NCBI GenBank assembly: GCA_963977015.1
Contig: CAXBMO010000043.1
Span: 1 to 26,524, forward strand
Source of the DNA: an uncultured bacterium
Lineage (GTDB): Bacteria; Verrucomicrobiota; Verrucomicrobiia; Verrucomicrobiales; DEV007
Length of the DNA: 26,524 bases
Direction: 5' to 3'
Below the pieces are notes generated by a model, which saw only the letters and a program-made list of their open reading frames with translations, had not been told where the DNA came from and made no database searches. This document shows positions 25,560 to 26,524 of this stretch, one piece after another (position 1 is the stretch's first letter; each line of letters opens with the position of its first letter). The translations under genes were made by a program, and so were the position numbers.

Positions 25560-25885
25560 CGATTTGAGGTTTGGCTGATTGATAGGAGAGGTTGAAGCTG
25601 GAGGCCCGAGTCTACACGTTCACCGAATCCACCGACCGACGGCTCTCCTACTCCTCCAAAGATCAAATCGAGCGTGCCGCCCTGTCCTTCTCCAACAACA
25701 TTGCCGAAGGCTTTGAGCGAGGCACAGCACCCGAGTTGTTGAACTTTCTCTCCATCGCCCGGAGAAGCGCCAGCGAAGTCCGATCCATGATCTACGTCTT
25801 TCCGAAACGGCCGAAGCTCATGGATTCGAAACCGGAAGTTGCCGAATTGTGTAAACTCGCCGCGCCGTTGGCAGAAGGGCTAAAA
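25560..25885 (+). pseudogene. Decayed four-helix-bundle (23S rRNA-IVP / Avd-like) gene
   Basis: Core KDQIERAALSFSNNIAEGFERGT...FLSIARRSASEVRSM is recognisable. The N-terminal D-L-E-V-W motif appears only with a frameshift (gatttgaggtttgg). The last helix and stop are lost, so the frame runs into the convergent gene. Confidence 0.72.
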
Positions 25886-25948
25886 CTCATCCCGCGCGCC
25901 TCGAGTAAGAGCGACGCCATGGACCCATTGCGTGACCTGGATGGGGAC

Positions 25949-26470
25949 TTACCCGGCGCGCTTTCGCGCAAGGTATACCATTCCCGAAATCAGGCCCAGA
26001 ATCGCCAGAAATCCACCGAAGGCGGCAACGGCATCCTCCCGGGAGACAAATCCTACAAAAACGAAGAACAGACCTGCTCCAATGGTAGACGCGATGATAC
26101 ACCCGGGGCCTGCCGCTCCGGGCTCCTTGAAGTTGGGATTGATTATTCCCTGGGATCTTGTGACTTTGTGGCTCTGGCTTGCGTTCCAATGCTCCATCAT
26201 CGCCTCATCACTCCCGTGTTTGGCTCTCTGAGTGTCCAACCAAGTGTTGAAACCCTTGATCTGGTCGTCACGGCTCATCGCCTTGTAGGCGGTGTCAGAA
26301 TTGAGATACGTGCGAAAGAGCGGGTGATTGCGATTGTCCTTAACGGAGCGCTTCTTGAGCACTTTCCGGGCAGGTTTTTTCTTCCTCACCGGTTGTTGTG
26401 CAACCGCCGCTTGGTTGGTGGTTGAATTCACACTGTGCAAAGACTCAGGTTTGGCTTCGGCTGATGGTTG
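25949..26470 (-). pseudogene. 3' fragment of a hypothetical membrane protein truncated by the IS end
   Basis: The frame stays open from the TTG at 26440 up to the IS junction (QPSAEAKPES-LHSVN...). Two C-terminal hydrophobic helices. Confidence 0.6.
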
Positions 26471-26524
26471 TGACCTGTTTCCCGAAAAATGGACACTTGA
26501 AAACTGAAGTTCTGCGCTACCCTA
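26471..26524 (+). mobile_element. End of an IS3-family-like insertion sequence; element continues beyond the right edge
   Basis: TGACCTGTTTCCCGAAAAATGGACACTTGAAAACTGAAGTTCTGCGCTACCCTA, 54/54 identical to the reverse complement of 1..54. Identity stops exactly at the TG tip. Confidence 0.75.

Noticed and set aside
25592-26425. Intact 277-aa protein, or evidence of a diversity-generating retroelement
   Set aside because: Only the first ~90 aa are four-helix-bundle-like and the rest is antisense read-through. No reverse transcriptase or TR/VR repeat pair was seen.
1-26524. Linear plasmid, phage or polinton-like replicon with terminal inverted repeats
   Set aside because: No replication, terminal-protein or capsid genes. 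The content is chromosomal (birA, yggS). The IS-like TG/CA tips face inward and interrupt genes.

Overview
GC-rich bacterial chromosomal segment, probably a whole contig. Gene repertoire and promoter style suggest Verrucomicrobia/PVC, which is inference only. Both ends carry the same 54-bp IS3-family-like terminus in inverted orientation, and each terminus cuts off the 5' part of a gene. Left to right: SRPBCC protein, sensor-less histidine-kinase-like protein with altered catalytic boxes, birA, secreted TPR plus HExxH peptidase, yggS divergent from a LysR regulator, a five-gene circularly permuted ATP-grasp / alpha-E / transglutaminase / DUF2126 cluster behind a sigma54-type promoter (no Anbu protease), two coiled-coil glycosyltransferase-type genes, a RyR-domain-patatin fusion, a candidate ~100-nt sRNA, an M20 amidohydrolase, a decayed orphan type I-C-like CRISPR mini-array, and a variable tail (TM/TPR-like protein, M48-like protease, four-helix-bundle pseudogene). 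Best leads: the RyR-patatin fusion, the orphan CRISPR repeats, the sRNA candidate and the IS-bracketed architecture. Domain calls come from motif recognition by eye; no searches were run.
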